Below are positions 10,601 through 22,625 of a DNA stretch of 64,000 bases, one piece after another. The DNA is from Microcoleus sp. (GTDB taxonomy: Bacteria; Cyanobacteriota; Cyanobacteriia; Cyanobacteriales; Microcoleaceae): the NCBI GenBank assembly GCA_052279835.1, contig CP181291.1, forward strand, positions 928,001 through 992,000, in the 5' to 3' direction. The notes under the pieces are model-generated. The model worked only from the letters and a program-made list of their open reading frames with translations, did no database searches and was not told the DNA's origin. Both the position numbers and the translations under genes were made by a program. Position 1 is the first letter of the stretch; each line of letters begins with the position of its first letter.

Positions 10601-13600
10601 CAGGTTTAAATTGTAGGGCGTGCTAGCACCGCCAACTGATGAGACTCGAACGTAGTAGGTGCCGTGTTCTAAGGTGCGGTTAATTGACTCGGATGCAGTG
10701 CCAAAATTATTGGAACTGGCGATCGCATTTCCGCTAATGTCGAGCAAATCAACTTTAGCATCTGCATTGAGTTGGCCCAGCGACAAGTTGAAGTCATTGG
10801 TAGCACCTAAACTAAATTTGTAGTAATCATCGGTGTCGCTGCTGCTTACCGCGTCGCTGTAGGTTTTGAGATTAGAGGCTACAGCGATTTCACTTGCTGC
10901 ACTTGCTGTGTTCCCAGCAAAGTCTAGTGTTGATGCCAGTGTTGGGGTTGGAGGCGTTGGGGTTGGAGGCGTTGGGGTTGGAGGTATTGGCGTTGGCGTT
11001 GGAGTTATGGGTGTTGGAGTGGGAGTTATAGGCGTTGGAGGTGTTGGGGTGGGAGGTGTTGGTGTTGGTGTTGGGGTGGCAGGTGTTGGTGTTGGAGGTG
11101 TTGGTGTTGGAGGTGTTGGGGTGGGAGGTGTTGGTGTTGGAGGTGTTGGAGTTGGAGGTGTTGGTGTTGGAGGTGTTGGAGTTGGAGGTGTTGGTGTTGG
11201 AGGTGTTGGAGTTGGAGGAGTTGGTGTTGGAGGAGTTGGAGTTGGAGGTGTTGGAGTTGGAGGTGTTGGAGTTGGGGCGGTATCGTTATCAGTAATGGCG
11301 ACATTAACAGGCGAAATCGTGATGCTGTTATATTTAACATCGGTACTGGTAGCGGTATGGTCGATCGCCTCGCTGTGATTCCCTTCAACAACAGCATCGT
11401 CAGTCGCAGTCACAGTGACTGTTTTGGCAATATTCCAGTTAGTAGCGTCGAAAGTAACAGAGGCGATCGCATTTATTTGATTCCCCCCGTCAAAACTGAT
11501 GGTGACAGGTGCTGTTGGCTGCGAATTTAGCTTGAGTGTATAACTCCCTGTGGCACCGCCTTCTGTAGCAGTAGTGCTCGCAGAATTGATGGAAACGCCT
11601 GCTGTATCCTTGTCGCTGTTAGTGACGCTAACATCAGCTAGATTGATGTTGTTGTAATTGCTGTCTGTGCTTGTAGCAGTGGTGACAATCTTGTAAGCTA
11701 TATCTCCGTCTGCTACAGTGTCGTCAACACCTGTAACTGTGACTGTTTGTGGCTGATTCCAGTTAGTAGGAGTGAAAGTCAGGCTTGGTTGAGAAACTTT
11801 TCCTTCTGCGAGATTGGAACTGGTAAGGGCGATCGCCACTGGTGCAGTTGGTTGTGTGTTGAGGACAATGCTGAAATTAGCAGTGTCGCCTGCTTCTGTG
11901 GTGGTTAATCCTGCGATCGGATTAACGGTGATACCAGGAGTTTCGTTATCGGTATTTGTGACGCTGACATCGGCGGGATTGAGATTATTGTAATTAGTGT
12001 CGGTACTGACAGCCGCAGCAGTAACAATATTGTAAGTTTTATTGCCATCAGCAATGCTGTCGTCAACACCAGTCACCTTGACTGTTTGCAGTGCATTCCA
12101 GTTAGCAGGAGTGAAAGTTAAACTATTGCTAGAAACGGTTCCTTCTGCGGTATTGGAACTACTCAAACCAAGAGTAACGTTAGCAGTAGGTTGGCTTTTA
12201 AGTTTAACGGTAAATGTAGCAGTGCCTCCTGTTTCTGTTGTAGAAAGTCCGCTGACAGGATTGATAGTAAAGCCGGGACTGTCATCGTTAGTAATAGTAG
12301 TGGTAGCAGTAGCAGCAGTAATTGCAGGTGCTGGGCCTGGTGCAACAGGATTTGATAAAGTAACGGTGATAGTTTCGTCAGGTTCGATCGCGCTATCCCC
12401 TAAAACATCCAGAGTTATAGTTCTGGATGTCTGGCTAGCACCAAAATTAATCGTACCAGTCGTGCCAGTAGCCCCAGAAGTGCCACCGATGTTGTTGTAA
12501 TCGCTGACGTTTGTAGCAGTTCCTCCAATGGCATAATTTACGCTGCTAGCCGCATTGATTCCGCCGCTGCGAGTCACCGTAAAAGTAACAGAAGTTTTGC
12601 CGGAGTTGCCTTCGGCGATGCTGGCGGAACCTGCCGCAATGGCGTAAGCTACAGCATCGTTAGCCGCAATAGTTAGTGTTGTTTGCTTTGTTGTACCTGC
12701 AATCCCATCAGTAATTGTGCCAAGGTTGAACACCGCTGTTTCGGCATTTTCTGGGATATTGTCAGCTTTGACAGTGACAGCAACATTTTGAGTTAGGGTT
12801 TTGGTATCTGCCGCGAAGGTGAGAGTCGTCGGTGAAAAAGTGTAGTCTGAAGTTTGGGTGGCACTGCTGCTGGGGTTAAGTGCGATCGCAACTGTCAAAT
12901 CTTTGACGGGACTGCTGCTGATAGTAACGGGAATATTAACAATAGTATCCGCATTTCCTTCTGTAGCGCTGTAGGTAGCAGCCCCGAAATTCACTGTCGG
13001 TGTATTGTTGAGTAAAACCGAGACGCTGTTAGAGTTGGCCCCATAGTTCGCTGTCGCTAAGTCTATCTTGCCGTCAGCGTTAAAGTCCCCAACAGCAACG
13101 GAATAGGGTGTCGCCCCCGCAAAGTTGGCCGCCGCACTAAAATTGCCCGCGCCATTTCCCAACAAAATGGAGACATTTTTAGCACCATAGTTCGCTACAG
13201 CTAAGTCTGATTGGTTATCGTTGTTAAAGTCTCCAACTGTAACAGAAGACGGATTTGTCCCCACATTAAAGTTAGTAGCAGCCCCAAAACTGCCTGTCCC
13301 TGTCCCCAACAAAATCGATACATTATTCGATTGACTGTTTGCTACAGCTAAGTCTGACTTATTATCGCTGTTAAAGTCTCCAACTGTAACAGAAGACGGA
13401 TTTGTCCCCACATTAAAGTTAGTAAGAAACCCAAAACTGCCTGTCCCTGTCCCCAACAGGATCGATAGGTTGTTAGAGTCGTAGTTTGCCGTAGCTAGGT
13501 CTAGTTTGCCGTCAGCATTAAAGTCTCCCGCGACGACTGACTGCGGATTTGTCCCCACATTAAAGTTAGTAGCAAACCCAAAACTGCCCGTACCCGTCCC

Positions 13601-14047
13601 CAACAGGATGGATACATTGCCAGCAGTGTTTGCCGTAGCTAAATCTGGCTTGCCGTCGCTGTTAAAGTCCCCCACAGCTACAGAAGAGGGACGATATGCC
13701 CCCGTGTCAAATCTGGTGCCGGTGCCAAAGCTACCCGTGCCATTTCCCAACAGGATGGTTACCCCATAAGACGGAAATTCCCCTCCGCTAGCCCACGGTG
13801 CAACTATATCGAGGTTGCCGTCGCTGTTAAAGTCTCCCACACCCAGGGAGTCGGGGCTAGCCCCGGCGTTAAAGTTGGCAGCAGTGCCAAAGCCACCTGT
13901 GCCATTCCCCAACAGAATGGAGACGTTGGCACCGGAACCGTTGGATGTGGCGATATCTGGTTTGCCATCTTTGTTAAAGTCTCCGACAACAACGGAATTG
14001 GGCAATGTGCCGACAGGAAAGTTGGTTGCGGTACTGAATGTAGACAT
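7613..14047 (-). CDS. Giant surface protein: FG-GAP/VCBS propeller, Calx-beta/Ig-like repeats, Pro-Thr linker, PPC domain, S8 subtilase, RTX Ca-binding tail
   Basis: GDFNxDGKxD repeats; TITNDD/ITDND repeats; IDTG, GHGSNV, SGND and GTSQAAP catalytic motifs; GGxGxD nonapeptides; no Sec signal. Confidence 0.88.
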   Translation of the reverse strand: MSTFSTATNFPVGTLPNSVVVGDFNKDGKPDIATSNGSGANVSILLGNGTGGFGTAANFNAGASPDSLGVGDFNSDGNLDIVAPWASGGEFPSYGVTILLGNGTGSFGTGTRFDTGAYRPSSVAVGDFNSDGKPDLATANTAGNVSILLGTGTGSFGFATNFNVGTNPQSVVAGDFNADGKLDLATANYDSNNLSILLGTGTGSFGFLTNFNVGTNPSSVTVGDFNSDNKSDLAVANSQSNNVSILLGTGTGSFGAATNFNVGTNPSSVTVGDFNNDNQSDLAVANYGAKNVSILLGNGAGNFSAAANFAGATPYSVAVGDFNADGKIDLATANYGANSNSVSVLLNNTPTVNFGAATYSATEGNADTIVNIPVTISSSPVKDLTVAIALNPSSSATQTSDYTFSPTTLTFAADTKTLTQNVAVTVKADNIPENAETAVFNLGTITDGIAGTTKQTTLTIAANDAVAYAIAAGSASIAEGNSGKTSVTFTVTRSGGINAASSVNYAIGGTATNVSDYNNIGGTSGATGTTGTINFGASQTSRTITLDVLGDSAIEPDETITVTLSNPVAPGPAPAITAATATTTITNDDSPGFTINPVSGLSTTETGGTATFTVKLKSQPTANVTLGLSSSNTAEGTVSSNSLTFTPANWNALQTVKVTGVDDSIADGNKTYNIVTAAAVSTDTNYNNLNPADVSVTNTDNETPGITVNPIAGLTTTEAGDTANFSIVLNTQPTAPVAIALTSSNLAEGKVSQPSLTFTPTNWNQPQTVTVTGVDDTVADGDIAYKIVTTATSTDSNYNNINLADVSVTNSDKDTAGVSINSASTTATEGGATGSYTLKLNSQPTAPVTISFDGGNQINAIASVTFDATNWNIAKTVTVTATDDAVVEGNHSEAIDHTATSTDVKYNSITISPVNVAITDNDTAPTPTPPTPTPPTPTPPTPTPPTPTPPTPTPPTPTPPTPTPPTPTPPTPTPPTPTPPTPTPPTPTPATPTPTPTPPTPTPPTPITPTPTPITPTPTPIPPTPTPPTPTPPTPTLASTLDFAGNTASAASEIAVASNLKTYSDAVSSSDTDDYYKFSLGATNDFNLSLGQLNADAKVDLLDISGNAIASSNNFGTASESINRTLEHGTYYVRVSSVGGASTPYNLNLSVAPRLNGISTTSSNAPVYKASEEIFTTDNLSISPSTDISGPLINMDKFRATPRFAGIDGGGFATVIIDTGIDLNHPFFGPDSDSNGIADRIVYNYDFADGDANASDVNGHGSNVSSIATSQDSIHTGMAPGANIIHLKVFKNNNSGDFKYVEQALQWVVANTSTYNIASVNMSLGDRQNYNTPQTLYGLNDELADLAAKNVIVVSASGNDFAPYGSAQGVGYPSADPNSLSIGAVFDSNFGPYSGSAIANTTAADRLAPFSQRDKTLTTVFAPGAMITGAGPTGGLTTLPGTSQAAPHIAGIAVLAQQLAQRDLGRRLTPSEFANFLNSTGVTINDGDDEDDNVTNTGLNFKRVDMLALAGGIVGNNPPVVNRSMFSQSAALGFSQTGNAFTLAANTDTDPDPGDSINYSIALADFSALNESAYSWKTDLNGGSYRQPIAGLKFPEIPLPSWLTFNPATRTINLGATRPTSFNYWLKVTGTDSSGASVSEIVRFKSKSLGGFVIDSYIAGATVFFDANKNGVLDASEPSATTSASGEYELSIPNDTFDKNQNGELDPEEGNIVAFGGTDTATGLPLETPVTAPPYATVVTLLTSLVADLIDKGVAPETAQSLVNSSLSVPAEIDITDLDPIAATENNLPGGVATLAAMVKVQNFITQTVALIDGASSATTNAIVKAVVSSITTPIQSGTVLNLSNAAALEPIIQQAGAKIKQIDPSFNSQKITSITSQAATVMATANQRIDTAVSSTTTSIPEAVARVQKVTLGATTQDFKAVGAGNKTISQVVTDNTGAALDSKIQAVILPVGIAVPVVTGEADLGSNSPDRTIGTNGDDILTGDSANNVLMGMRGNDSLDGGAGNDSLFGGKDRDILLGGTGDDTLFGGRGADSLNGGDGNDILLGGKGDDALFGGLGSDTLTGGNGIDNFLLSTNSGIDTITDFEDGKDLLVLGGGLTFSQLSITQENSATFIRFSATGEILASLNGVSASMINAADFSLA
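10940..11278 (-). repeat. Coding tandem repeat encoding a (TPTPP)n linker
   Basis: About 15-nt repeat ggaggtgttggtgtt on the + strand. Confidence 0.9.
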
Positions 14048-14116
14048 GATTGATTTACCTCTTAATTGACAAGTAATTTTTGATGTTTGGAGTTGTGAAA
14101 CTGATGCAAATTACAC

Positions 14117-14614
14117 CTAAGTTGCTGGCATCAGTATCCTGACGATCGCAAGTACAGTCAGGCTGCCTCCCACAGCGATGGTTAGTATATTCCATACCGA
14201 AAATCGATCGTTAGGATTGTGGTTTGGTGCTACTAAACCATTCAGTTCATTCACAGTCTCTTGAACGGGAAGCAAAATTATTACAGAGAAAAAACTCACT
14301 AGCAAGTATGGTTTTGGCAGTTGGGCACACAGCGCCATCCCAATCCAAGCAACAGTCAGCAAGAATGGACTAAAGTTGGCATCTATGCCGCGCATTTTAG
14401 CCCTATTTCTAATCTTCGTAATTAAGGAATAACAAAAAAGGCCGTTGAAAACTGCTCTCCAAAATGGGCTAATGTTGCTTCCTGTTGCGGCTTTGAATAG
14501 CTGCCAGTTTTTGTAACACCAAAAAATTTGATAGAGTCCGAAGGTTACTAGGGACATCACGAGCAACTTAAAGCGAGAAACAGGAAAAAAGATTGGTTGT
14601 GAGTTTTCGTACAT
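14117..14614 (-). CDS. Small integral membrane protein (DUF4234-like)
   Basis: SLVTFGLYQIFWCYKNW motif and about 4 hydrophobic segments. Confidence 0.7.
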   Translation of the reverse strand: MYENSQPIFFPVSRFKLLVMSLVTFGLYQIFWCYKNWQLFKAATGSNISPFWRAVFNGLFCYSLITKIRNRAKMRGIDANFSPFLLTVAWIGMALCAQLPKPYLLVSFFSVIILLPVQETVNELNGLVAPNHNPNDRFSVWNILTIAVGGSLTVLAIVRILMPAT

Positions 14615-14709
14615 ATCAAAAACCTCCTGGGTGGATCAACTAAATGCTCGATCGAGACTTGCAGCAGATTGCAGGTTTATGAGTCCGCCAGCCCTCTCGT
14701 CTACCCGGT

Positions 14710-14845
14710 AGTCCGGCAGGGGTTTAAACCCCTGCCTCAAAGCTGAAGTCCTCTGAAGAGGACTGAGAATAAGAATTTTTCAACTCATTAGTCCTCTTTG
14801 AGAGGACTTTCGCTATTAGACAGGGGTTTAAACCCCTGGCGGACT
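14710..14845. repeat. REP doublet (REPIN-like), family A
   Basis: CAGGGGTTTAAACCCCTG ... AGTCCTCTGAAGAGGACT ... AGTCCTCTTTGAGAGGACT-TTCGCTATTAGA-CAGGGGTTTAAACCCCTG, flanked by AGTCCG and CGGACT. Confidence 0.85.
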
Positions 14846-14936
14846 ACTGGGTGGGCGGGAGGATTGGCGGACTAAAAGCTGAAAGTTGAAATTAAAGTTG
14901 ACACCAATTGGCTCAGCCTAAGTCCCTACATGGCTA

Positions 14937-17900
14937 TTAGATTGAGCCAAAATTGGCGACACCGATCGCACTTGCCGTCACTCCATTCAGAGAGGCTAAA
15001 ATCTCTCCGGTTGCTGACAAGCGGATGAATGTTGCACTGTTTTCTTGGGTAATTGACAATTGCGAAAAAGTCAGCCCATTACCCAATACCAACAAGTCTT
15101 TACCAACTTCAAAGTCAGTAATAGTATCGATGCCAGAATTGGTAGAAAGCAAGAATTTATCATTACCATTTCCTCCGGTTAAAGTATCATTTCCCAAACC
15201 GCCATTCAACAAATCATCATCCCGATTTCCAAACAAGATATCATCACCGCTACCGCCCAACAAAGTATCGTTAGCCTTGCCTCCAAACAGAGTGTCATTC
15301 CCAACACCGCCGTCGAGGGAATCATTGCCCCTCAGACCCAGCAAAACATTATTCGCGCTGTCGCCAGTCAGGAGATCGTCGCCATTCGTACCGAGAATGC
15401 GATCGGGAGAATTGCTGCCCAAATCCGCATCGCCGCTGACTACAGGAGTCGCAATCCCAACAGGTAATATGACAGCTTGAATTTTGCTATCTAAAGCAGT
15501 ACCAGTATTGTCAGTAACTACCTGAGAAATTGTCTTATTTCCCGCGCCAACTGCTTTGAAGTCTTGAGTTGTGATGCCCAAAGCTACTTGTTGGACGCGG
15601 GCGACTGCTTCAGGAATTGAAGTTGTTGTGCTGGAGACAGCAGTATCAATCCGCTGATTTGCTGTTGCCATTACTGTCGCAGCTTGCGAAGTAATTGAGG
15701 TGACTTTTTGACTGTTGAAACTGGGGTCAATCTGCTGGATTTTCGCTGCGGCTTGCTGAATTATGGGTTCTAAAGCGGCTGCCTTGCTGAGGTTTAAAAC
15801 AGTACCGGATTGAATTGGAGTCGTAATTGCACTGACAACAGCCTTGACAATTTCGTTAGTTGCTGCACTGGAAGCACCGTCAATCAAAGCAGCAGTTTGA
15901 GTGATGACGTTTTGGACTTTCACCATTGCGGCTAAAGTTGCGACGCCGCCCGGTTCGCTATTTTTGGTGGCGTCGATCGGATCGAAATCTGCGATCGCAA
16001 CGTCAGCGGGAATGGCAAGAGCAGATTTGATGAGAGATTCGGCCCGATCGCTCTCAATGCCCTTATCTATCAAGTCCACCATCAGAGTAGTTAACAGCGT
16101 GACCACAGTAGCGTCAGCAGGTGCAGTAACAGGCGTTTCTAAAGGCAAACCCGTCGCGGTATCAATTCCGCCAAAAGCAACTAAATTGCCTTCATTTGAA
16201 TCAATTTCTCCATTGGCGTTTTTGTCGAAGGTCTCGAAGGGGAAATCGAAATTAAATAGACCGCTATTGTCAGTATTGGTTGATGGTTCATTAGCATCGA
16301 GAACACCATTTTTATTGGCATCCAAAAATACCTTGGCACCTGCAATGTAATTATCAATCACCCAGCGACCCTTATATTTCGTGATTTTGAAGATTTGAGA
16401 ACTACTAGCACCAGCAGGATCGGTGGCCGTTAACTTCACCTTAAATGGTTTGACAAAACTGAATGGTTTGCCATTAATATTAAACACTGGCGGAGTGCCA
16501 GTAAATTTGATGGTATTCTGGTTAGAGTCGAAAGAGAATCTCAGCCAGCTACTGTTGAAACTGCTGGTTAAAGGACTGTCATTCTCTAGAGTTAATTTGT
16601 AGGAGATTAAGTCACCATCAGGATCGGTGTAGACATTTTGAATGTCTTGATTAAGCTCCTTAATGTAATAGTCTAAATGAATTTTCTCTTGCGGCGGGCG
16701 GTTCTGAACAAAACCTCCTCCAGCAATAGCTTGGCCCAAAGCCAGCACATCGACACGCTTGAAATTAATACCGGTATTGAAAACATTATCGCTTTCGTTG
16801 TCGCCGTCGTTGATAGTCACACCGGTTGATTTCAAAAGTTGGGCGAACTCGGTTTGTGTCAGTCGGCGGCCTAATTTTTGCTGTGCTAACTGTTGCGCTA
16901 ATACTGCAATGCCACTAATGTGGGCTGCTGCTTGACCGGTACCGTGATAGGTACTTAAATTGCCATCTTTGCCAGCCCCGGTGATGGGTGCTCCCGGAGC
17001 AAAAACTGTGGTTAATGTCGGGCTACGCTGAGAAATGGGAGTAATGCGATCGGCATCAGTGGTATAAGCGGTAGCAGGCCCAAAATAATTGCCATAATCG
17101 TATCGACCGATGTTGGAATTGTATACCGCGCCGATCGACAGCGAATTTGGATCGGCTGAAGGGTAGTTGACACCTAGAGGTAGAGGATTCTGATACTGAT
17201 AGTAACGGTTGCCTGATGAAGAGACAACAATTATATTCTTCGCCCTCAAAGCAGCCAGTTCATCTCCAATACCGTAGGCTGAAGCAGCAGTGGTAAAATT
17301 CTCAGAACTGCCCAATGACATATTAACGCTGGCAATGTTGTAAGCGTCTGCATTTTGCAATACCCACTGCAAAGCTTGTTCTATAAACGGAAACTTATTA
17401 ATTTCGTCTCCACCCAAAGGCTTAATATCTTTTCTCACTTTGAGCTCGATAATTTTAGCCCCAGGTGCCATTCCCGTATAGGTTGAATCTTGGGAAGCAA
17501 TAATGCTGGCAACGTTCGATCCGGCGCCGTCAAAGTCGCTAGCATTCGCGTCACCGTCGGCAAAATCGTAGTTATAAACGATGCGATCGCTGATTCCGTT
17601 TGAATCGGTGTCAGGGCCAAAAAATGGGTGGTTTAAGTCGATGCCAGTATCCAAAACCGCTACAGAAAAACCGCTACCGTCTATACCGGAAAAAGCCGGT
17701 GTGGCGCGGAATTTGTCCAGATTTATCAGGGAACTGGATACACTGGCAGGTCTAATATTATTGGGGTTGGGGTCGTCTACATTGCCAAAACCATCAGAAT
17801 TCGTTGTGGCAAAGAAGTTATCGATCGGCAAATTGTATATACTACTATTGCCACTAATCGAATTTGACAGGGGATTTGTCACGGCTGCCTCTTCATAGCC

Positions 17901-20900
17901 TCTAGTTGTGACACCTGCCAGACGAGGTACAGCAGACAAATTCAAATTGTATGGAGTCTCGGCGCTATTAACTGAAGAAACTCGAATGCTGTAAGTGCCG
18001 TGTGCCAAAACCCGGTTAATTAACTTTGAGGCGTTGGCAGAATTTTGGGCAGTTGAGATGACATTTTGATCCCTGTCAAGCAATTCAAGATTAACATCTC
18101 CCTTGAATCCGCTAATTGACAAGTTGAGGTCATTGTCAGCACCTAAAGTGAATTTGTAGTAATCGGGATCGTTACTACTTACTGAATCGCTGTAGTTTTT
18201 GGTATCGGAAGCTGCATTGATGGCACGGGATTTACTTACACTGTTTCCAGCCAAGTCTTGGGCTGGTATCTTGTTGTCATTATCGTTATTTGTGACAGCG
18301 ACATCCGCTGCATTTAACCCGTTAAATCTGTTATCGGAACTGACAGCAGGGCTAGTAACAATGCTGTAAGCTTTATTCCCGTCAATCTGATAGTCGTCAA
18401 CGCCTGTTACTGTTACTGTCTGTGGCAGATTCCAATTAGTAGAGTTGAAGGTAATCGATGGCGGGGAAACTGTTCCTTCTGCTGTATTGGAACTTGCTAA
18501 ATCTATTTTGACATCGCCAGTGGGTGGGATGTTTAAGCTGTTTAGTTGTACGTTAAATGTTGCTGTTTGACCTGCTTCTGTGGTGATTAATCCACTTGTA
18601 GGACTAACGGTAATTCCAGCAGGTGTTGGTGATGGTGTCGGTGTTGGGGTTGGAGGTATTGGCGTTGGAGTTGGAAGGGGAATAGGAGTGGGAATTGGGG
18701 TTGGTGTTGGAGTTATTGGTGTTGGTGTTGGTGTTGGAGTTATTGGTGTTGGGGTTGGTGTTGGAGTTATTGGTGTTGGTGTTGGTGTTGGAGTTATTGG
18801 TGTTGGGGTTGGTGTTGGAGTTATTGGTGTTGGGGTTGGTGTTGGAGTTATTGGTGTTGGGGTTGGTGTTGGAGTTATTGGTGTTGGGGTTGGTGTTGGA
18901 GTTATTGGTGTTGGGGTTGGTGTTGGGGCGGTGTCGTTATCAGTAATGGCGACATTCACAGGCGAAATTGCGATCGCGTTATATTTAACATCGGTACTGG
19001 TAGCAGTATGGTCGATCGACCCTGTGTGCGCCCCTTCCACAGCCGTATCGTCTGTAGCAGTTACTGTGAATGATTTCGCGACATTCCAGTTAGTAGCATC
19101 GAAGGTAATAGGCGCGATCGCACTTATTTGATTTCCCGCATCAAAACTGATAGTAACTGGTGCAGTTGGCTGCGAATTTAACTTGAGTGTATAACTGCCT
19201 GTGGCACCGCCTTCTGTAGCTGTTATGTTCTCCTGTGAAACAGTCACACCAGCCGTATCGTTGTCAGCAATCGTGGCAGTCACGGGAGAAATCGTCAGGT
19301 TGTTATACTTAGTATCGGTACTGACAGATTTGTGAGCGATCGTGCCGCTGCGTGTTCCTTGCGCTATGCTGTCATCGATCGCCTTAACAGTGACAGTTTG
19401 CGTCACATTCCAATTATTTGCCGTGAAAGTGACAGGTGCGATCGCATCAATTTGACTGCCTGTTTCAAAGTTAATGGTGACGTTGGCAGCAGGCGCGCTA
19501 GTCAAAACTACGCTGTAGGTATCCGTTGCACCTGCTTCAGCAATATTTGTGCCGCCTCCTGATTGGACAATAGAAACACCGGGACTATCGTTATCAGTAA
19601 TCGATGCTGTCACATTGGGAATGGCTTTGCCGTTATAATTTGCATCGGTACTGGTAGCTGTATGAGCGATCGTGCCGCTGTGAGTTCCTTGTGCTAAATT
19701 GTCATCTATCGCACTGACAGTGACAGTTTTTTCAACATTCCAATTAGTGCTGTCAAAAGTAATAGGTGTGGCGATCGGATTAAGTTGATTTCCAGTATTG
19801 AAACTAATACTAACTGGTGCAGTCGGTTGCGCGGTTAGCTTGATTTTGTAACTGCCAGTTGCACCGCCTTCTGTAGCAGTTATGTTTGTAGGTGTAACGC
19901 TGAAACCTGCGGTGTCGTTATCGGTAATGGCGACACTAACAGCCGGGATTGTGATGGTGTTATAGTTGGTATCGGTACTGGTAGAAGTATGGACGATCGT
20001 ACCTGCATGATTTCCTTCAACTAAATTGTCGTCAACTGCTTTCACCGCAACAGTTTGAGCGACATTCCAATTAGCAGCAGTAAAATTCAGTGCGGTAATT
20101 GGTTGAATTTGAGTGCCTGTAGCCAAGTTAATCGTAACAGGTGCTGTTGGTTGAGTATTTAATTTAACCCTATAACTTCCATTTGCACCGCCTTCCGTTG
20201 CAGTCGCAGTAGTCGGAGTAATGGTAACGCCTGCGGTGTCGTTATCGGTAATCTTAGCACTGACCGTGTTGCCGGCAGTGCCATTAACGGTAAAGCTGGC
20301 AGTCGCCCCGTTATAATTAGCATCGGTACTGATAGCAGTATGGGCGATCGGGCCAGTGTGTGGCGAAGTTTCTGCGACAGTATCATCAACTGCACTGACT
20401 GTCACTGTTTGCGGTACAAACCAGTTAGTTGGAGTGAAATTAAGGCCTGCAATAGGTTTAATTTGAGTGGCGGTATTGAGGCCGATCGCCACATTTGCAG
20501 TAGGCTGATTAGTTAGCACCACTGTATAAGTATCAGTCGTGCCGCTTTCTGCTACATTAGTGCTGCCGCCCGACTCAACAATCTTTACTTGCGGCCCGCC
20601 AGGAATTATTTTAGTAATAAAAGCATCAAAGTCACCTCCCCCATTCGCCGCTTGCAAAGGATTTGCTATTGGCAAATTAGTAGAAGCAGTAGAACCAGCC
20701 ACATAAACTGCACCCGAACTATTCACCGCAATACCATTACCGTAGTCGTCGCCGGTGCCACCAAGATAAGTAGAATCAACTAAGGCAGAACCAGATGAAT
20801 TGATTTTCGTAATAAAAGCATCTTTCCCGCCGCCGCTGACACTTTGAATCGCATTCTTAGTCGGAAAATTAGTCGAAGTCGTATCTCCCGTCACATAAAC

Positions 20901-22625
20901 ATTATTCGCACTGTCTACAGTAATGCGATGGCCGTTGTCATCTCCGCTGCCACCCAAATAAGTTGAATATCTAAAATAAGCACCGCCAGAATCCAGTGCG
21001 GTGATAAAAAAATCATTAGCACCACCTGCATTAGCAGCTTGAATTGGACTACTTATAGGAAAATTAGTTGAATTGGTAGTTCCCACCACATAAGCAACAT
21101 TTCCAGAACTGTCTACAGCGATATCGGCACCTTTATCATCGCCACTGCCGCCTAAATAAACGGAATAATTACGTTGACCATTCGCGTTAAATTTACTGAC
21201 AAAAGCATCATATTGACCCCCTCCCATTTTTTTTAAATTCAAAGGATCTAACCCCGGAGAACTAATCCCAGAAGTAGGCAAGTCAGTCGAAGAAGTAATG
21301 CCGGTAATGTATGCATTACCATTATTGTCTAGTGCAATTGCTTGAGCGTCTTCGCGACCAGAACCGCCCAAGTAGGTAGAGTAAACTAAACCACTGCCAG
21401 TTGGATTAACTTTAGTAATAAACGCATCGCCATTTCCGCCTCCGTATACAGGTTGGGAGGCAAAGGCAGTGGAGAAACCGTCGCCTGTCAGCCCGGTAAC
21501 GTAAGCATTGCCGTTACTGTCTACCGCAATGCCGTTGCCGAGACTATTTCCGCTACCGCCTAAAAAAGTCGAATAAACTAGAGCATTCCCAGTCGCATTG
21601 AGTTTTGTTACCCCAGTATTGTAAGTATTTATTGTAGGTTGAAAAGAACCAGGTGTAGTTGGATAACCAGGATCGACTTGTCCGGTTAAATAAGCATTAC
21701 CTTGACTGTCTACCGCAATCCCAAAACCGTATTCATTGCCAGTACCGCCAATATAAGTAGAGTAAACTAAGGCAGTTCCTTCGGGGTTAATTTTGGTAAC
21801 TAAGAAATCAGCTTGACCCCCTGGGGTAGTTTGAAAAGCACCAGGAGTAGTCGTAAAATTGTTAACAGTAGTGCCAATAATGTAAGCTGCACCGGTGCTA
21901 TCTACGGTCATGCGGTTGGCAGAGTCGAAGCCGCTGCCACCTAGGTAAGTGGAGTAAGCTAAAACCGGGTCGATAACTAGGGGTTGAGTGCGATCGAACT
22001 CTCCCAAACTGAAACTTACTTGACCATTTCCTAATAAATTATAAGCTGCGGGAACATTCACCCGCTGTCCGTTAATATCTTGATAAACTATCGGTGCGTT
22101 ATCAATTAATTCGCCTAGCTGTGTCTCTAAGATCAGTGCGCCGTCCTCACGCAACCGGATGTTGTTAACACCACTATAGTTCATCTTAATTTGACTCGGA
22201 TCGGCAAAAGGTGCAACCAAAAACTCGCTTTTTAGTTGTCCTTCTGTGCCTTGGAAAACGCGATCGATTCCTTGATAGACGTTTTGATAAACAACGCCGT
22301 TAAAAGTGGGAACATCCGTGCGCCATTGACTGGAATCTTCGCCTAAAATAAAGTTAGCAAATCCCGGCAATTTTTCCAGCCCGGAAATTGTGGGATTCGG
22401 GTTGCTGTTGGCTAAGCTGCTGCGGACAATTGAAGAAGTTGTTGCTGCATTTCCCGGTTCATTTGGTTTTTGGAAAGCGGTAAAGGTGATTTCGTTGGGA
22501 GTGAAATAGATACTGTGACCGGCACCTTTGACCTGGAATTTCACATTAGGGTCTGTTTGTCCAGCATTTGCAATAAAACTTAAGGGAATTTGACCGTAAG
22601 ATGTTTGTTGATTTTGAGAATTCAT
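14937..22625 (-). CDS. Giant surface protein: SBBP beta-propeller, Calx-beta/Ig-like repeats, Pro-Thr linker, PPC domain, inactive S8-like domain, RTX tail
   Basis: FIANAGQ, LVIDP and YSTYLGGSG repeats; LDTG present but GAGSNV and GTGQAAA replace the catalytic His and Ser motifs; GGxGxD repeats. Confidence 0.88.
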   Translation of the reverse strand: MNSQNQQTSYGQIPLSFIANAGQTDPNVKFQVKGAGHSIYFTPNEITFTAFQKPNEPGNAATTSSIVRSSLANSNPNPTISGLEKLPGFANFILGEDSSQWRTDVPTFNGVVYQNVYQGIDRVFQGTEGQLKSEFLVAPFADPSQIKMNYSGVNNIRLREDGALILETQLGELIDNAPIVYQDINGQRVNVPAAYNLLGNGQVSFSLGEFDRTQPLVIDPVLAYSTYLGGSGFDSANRMTVDSTGAAYIIGTTVNNFTTTPGAFQTTPGGQADFLVTKINPEGTALVYSTYIGGTGNEYGFGIAVDSQGNAYLTGQVDPGYPTTPGSFQPTINTYNTGVTKLNATGNALVYSTFLGGSGNSLGNGIAVDSNGNAYVTGLTGDGFSTAFASQPVYGGGNGDAFITKVNPTGSGLVYSTYLGGSGREDAQAIALDNNGNAYITGITSSTDLPTSGISSPGLDPLNLKKMGGGQYDAFVSKFNANGQRNYSVYLGGSGDDKGADIAVDSSGNVAYVVGTTNSTNFPISSPIQAANAGGANDFFITALDSGGAYFRYSTYLGGSGDDNGHRITVDSANNVYVTGDTTSTNFPTKNAIQSVSGGGKDAFITKINSSGSALVDSTYLGGTGDDYGNGIAVNSSGAVYVAGSTASTNLPIANPLQAANGGGDFDAFITKIIPGGPQVKIVESGGSTNVAESGTTDTYTVVLTNQPTANVAIGLNTATQIKPIAGLNFTPTNWFVPQTVTVSAVDDTVAETSPHTGPIAHTAISTDANYNGATASFTVNGTAGNTVSAKITDNDTAGVTITPTTATATEGGANGSYRVKLNTQPTAPVTINLATGTQIQPITALNFTAANWNVAQTVAVKAVDDNLVEGNHAGTIVHTSTSTDTNYNTITIPAVSVAITDNDTAGFSVTPTNITATEGGATGSYKIKLTAQPTAPVSISFNTGNQLNPIATPITFDSTNWNVEKTVTVSAIDDNLAQGTHSGTIAHTATSTDANYNGKAIPNVTASITDNDSPGVSIVQSGGGTNIAEAGATDTYSVVLTSAPAANVTINFETGSQIDAIAPVTFTANNWNVTQTVTVKAIDDSIAQGTRSGTIAHKSVSTDTKYNNLTISPVTATIADNDTAGVTVSQENITATEGGATGSYTLKLNSQPTAPVTISFDAGNQISAIAPITFDATNWNVAKSFTVTATDDTAVEGAHTGSIDHTATSTDVKYNAIAISPVNVAITDNDTAPTPTPTPITPTPTPTPITPTPTPTPITPTPTPTPITPTPTPTPITPTPTPTPITPTPTPTPITPTPTPTPITPTPTPIPTPIPLPTPTPIPPTPTPTPSPTPAGITVSPTSGLITTEAGQTATFNVQLNSLNIPPTGDVKIDLASSNTAEGTVSPPSITFNSTNWNLPQTVTVTGVDDYQIDGNKAYSIVTSPAVSSDNRFNGLNAADVAVTNNDNDNKIPAQDLAGNSVSKSRAINAASDTKNYSDSVSSNDPDYYKFTLGADNDLNLSISGFKGDVNLELLDRDQNVISTAQNSANASKLINRVLAHGTYSIRVSSVNSAETPYNLNLSAVPRLAGVTTRGYEEAAVTNPLSNSISGNSSIYNLPIDNFFATTNSDGFGNVDDPNPNNIRPASVSSSLINLDKFRATPAFSGIDGSGFSVAVLDTGIDLNHPFFGPDTDSNGISDRIVYNYDFADGDANASDFDGAGSNVASIIASQDSTYTGMAPGAKIIELKVRKDIKPLGGDEINKFPFIEQALQWVLQNADAYNIASVNMSLGSSENFTTAASAYGIGDELAALRAKNIIVVSSSGNRYYQYQNPLPLGVNYPSADPNSLSIGAVYNSNIGRYDYGNYFGPATAYTTDADRITPISQRSPTLTTVFAPGAPITGAGKDGNLSTYHGTGQAAAHISGIAVLAQQLAQQKLGRRLTQTEFAQLLKSTGVTINDGDNESDNVFNTGINFKRVDVLALGQAIAGGGFVQNRPPQEKIHLDYYIKELNQDIQNVYTDPDGDLISYKLTLENDSPLTSSFNSSWLRFSFDSNQNTIKFTGTPPVFNINGKPFSFVKPFKVKLTATDPAGASSSQIFKITKYKGRWVIDNYIAGAKVFLDANKNGVLDANEPSTNTDNSGLFNFDFPFETFDKNANGEIDSNEGNLVAFGGIDTATGLPLETPVTAPADATVVTLLTTLMVDLIDKGIESDRAESLIKSALAIPADVAIADFDPIDATKNSEPGGVATLAAMVKVQNVITQTAALIDGASSAATNEIVKAVVSAITTPIQSGTVLNLSKAAALEPIIQQAAAKIQQIDPSFNSQKVTSITSQAATVMATANQRIDTAVSSTTTSIPEAVARVQQVALGITTQDFKAVGAGNKTISQVVTDNTGTALDSKIQAVILPVGIATPVVSGDADLGSNSPDRILGTNGDDLLTGDSANNVLLGLRGNDSLDGGVGNDTLFGGKANDTLLGGSGDDILFGNRDDDLLNGGLGNDTLTGGNGNDKFLLSTNSGIDTITDFEVGKDLLVLGNGLTFSQLSITQENSATFIRLSATGEILASLNGVTASAIGVANFGSI
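18620..18928 (-). repeat. Coding tandem repeat encoding a (PTPTPIT)n linker
   Basis: 21-nt unit ggagttattggtgttggggtt and variants. Confidence 0.9.

Noticed and set aside
10866..11397. Gly/Val-rich and Gln/His-rich ORFs (also 18580-19131)
   Set aside because: Antisense or off-frame shadows of the Pro-Thr linkers
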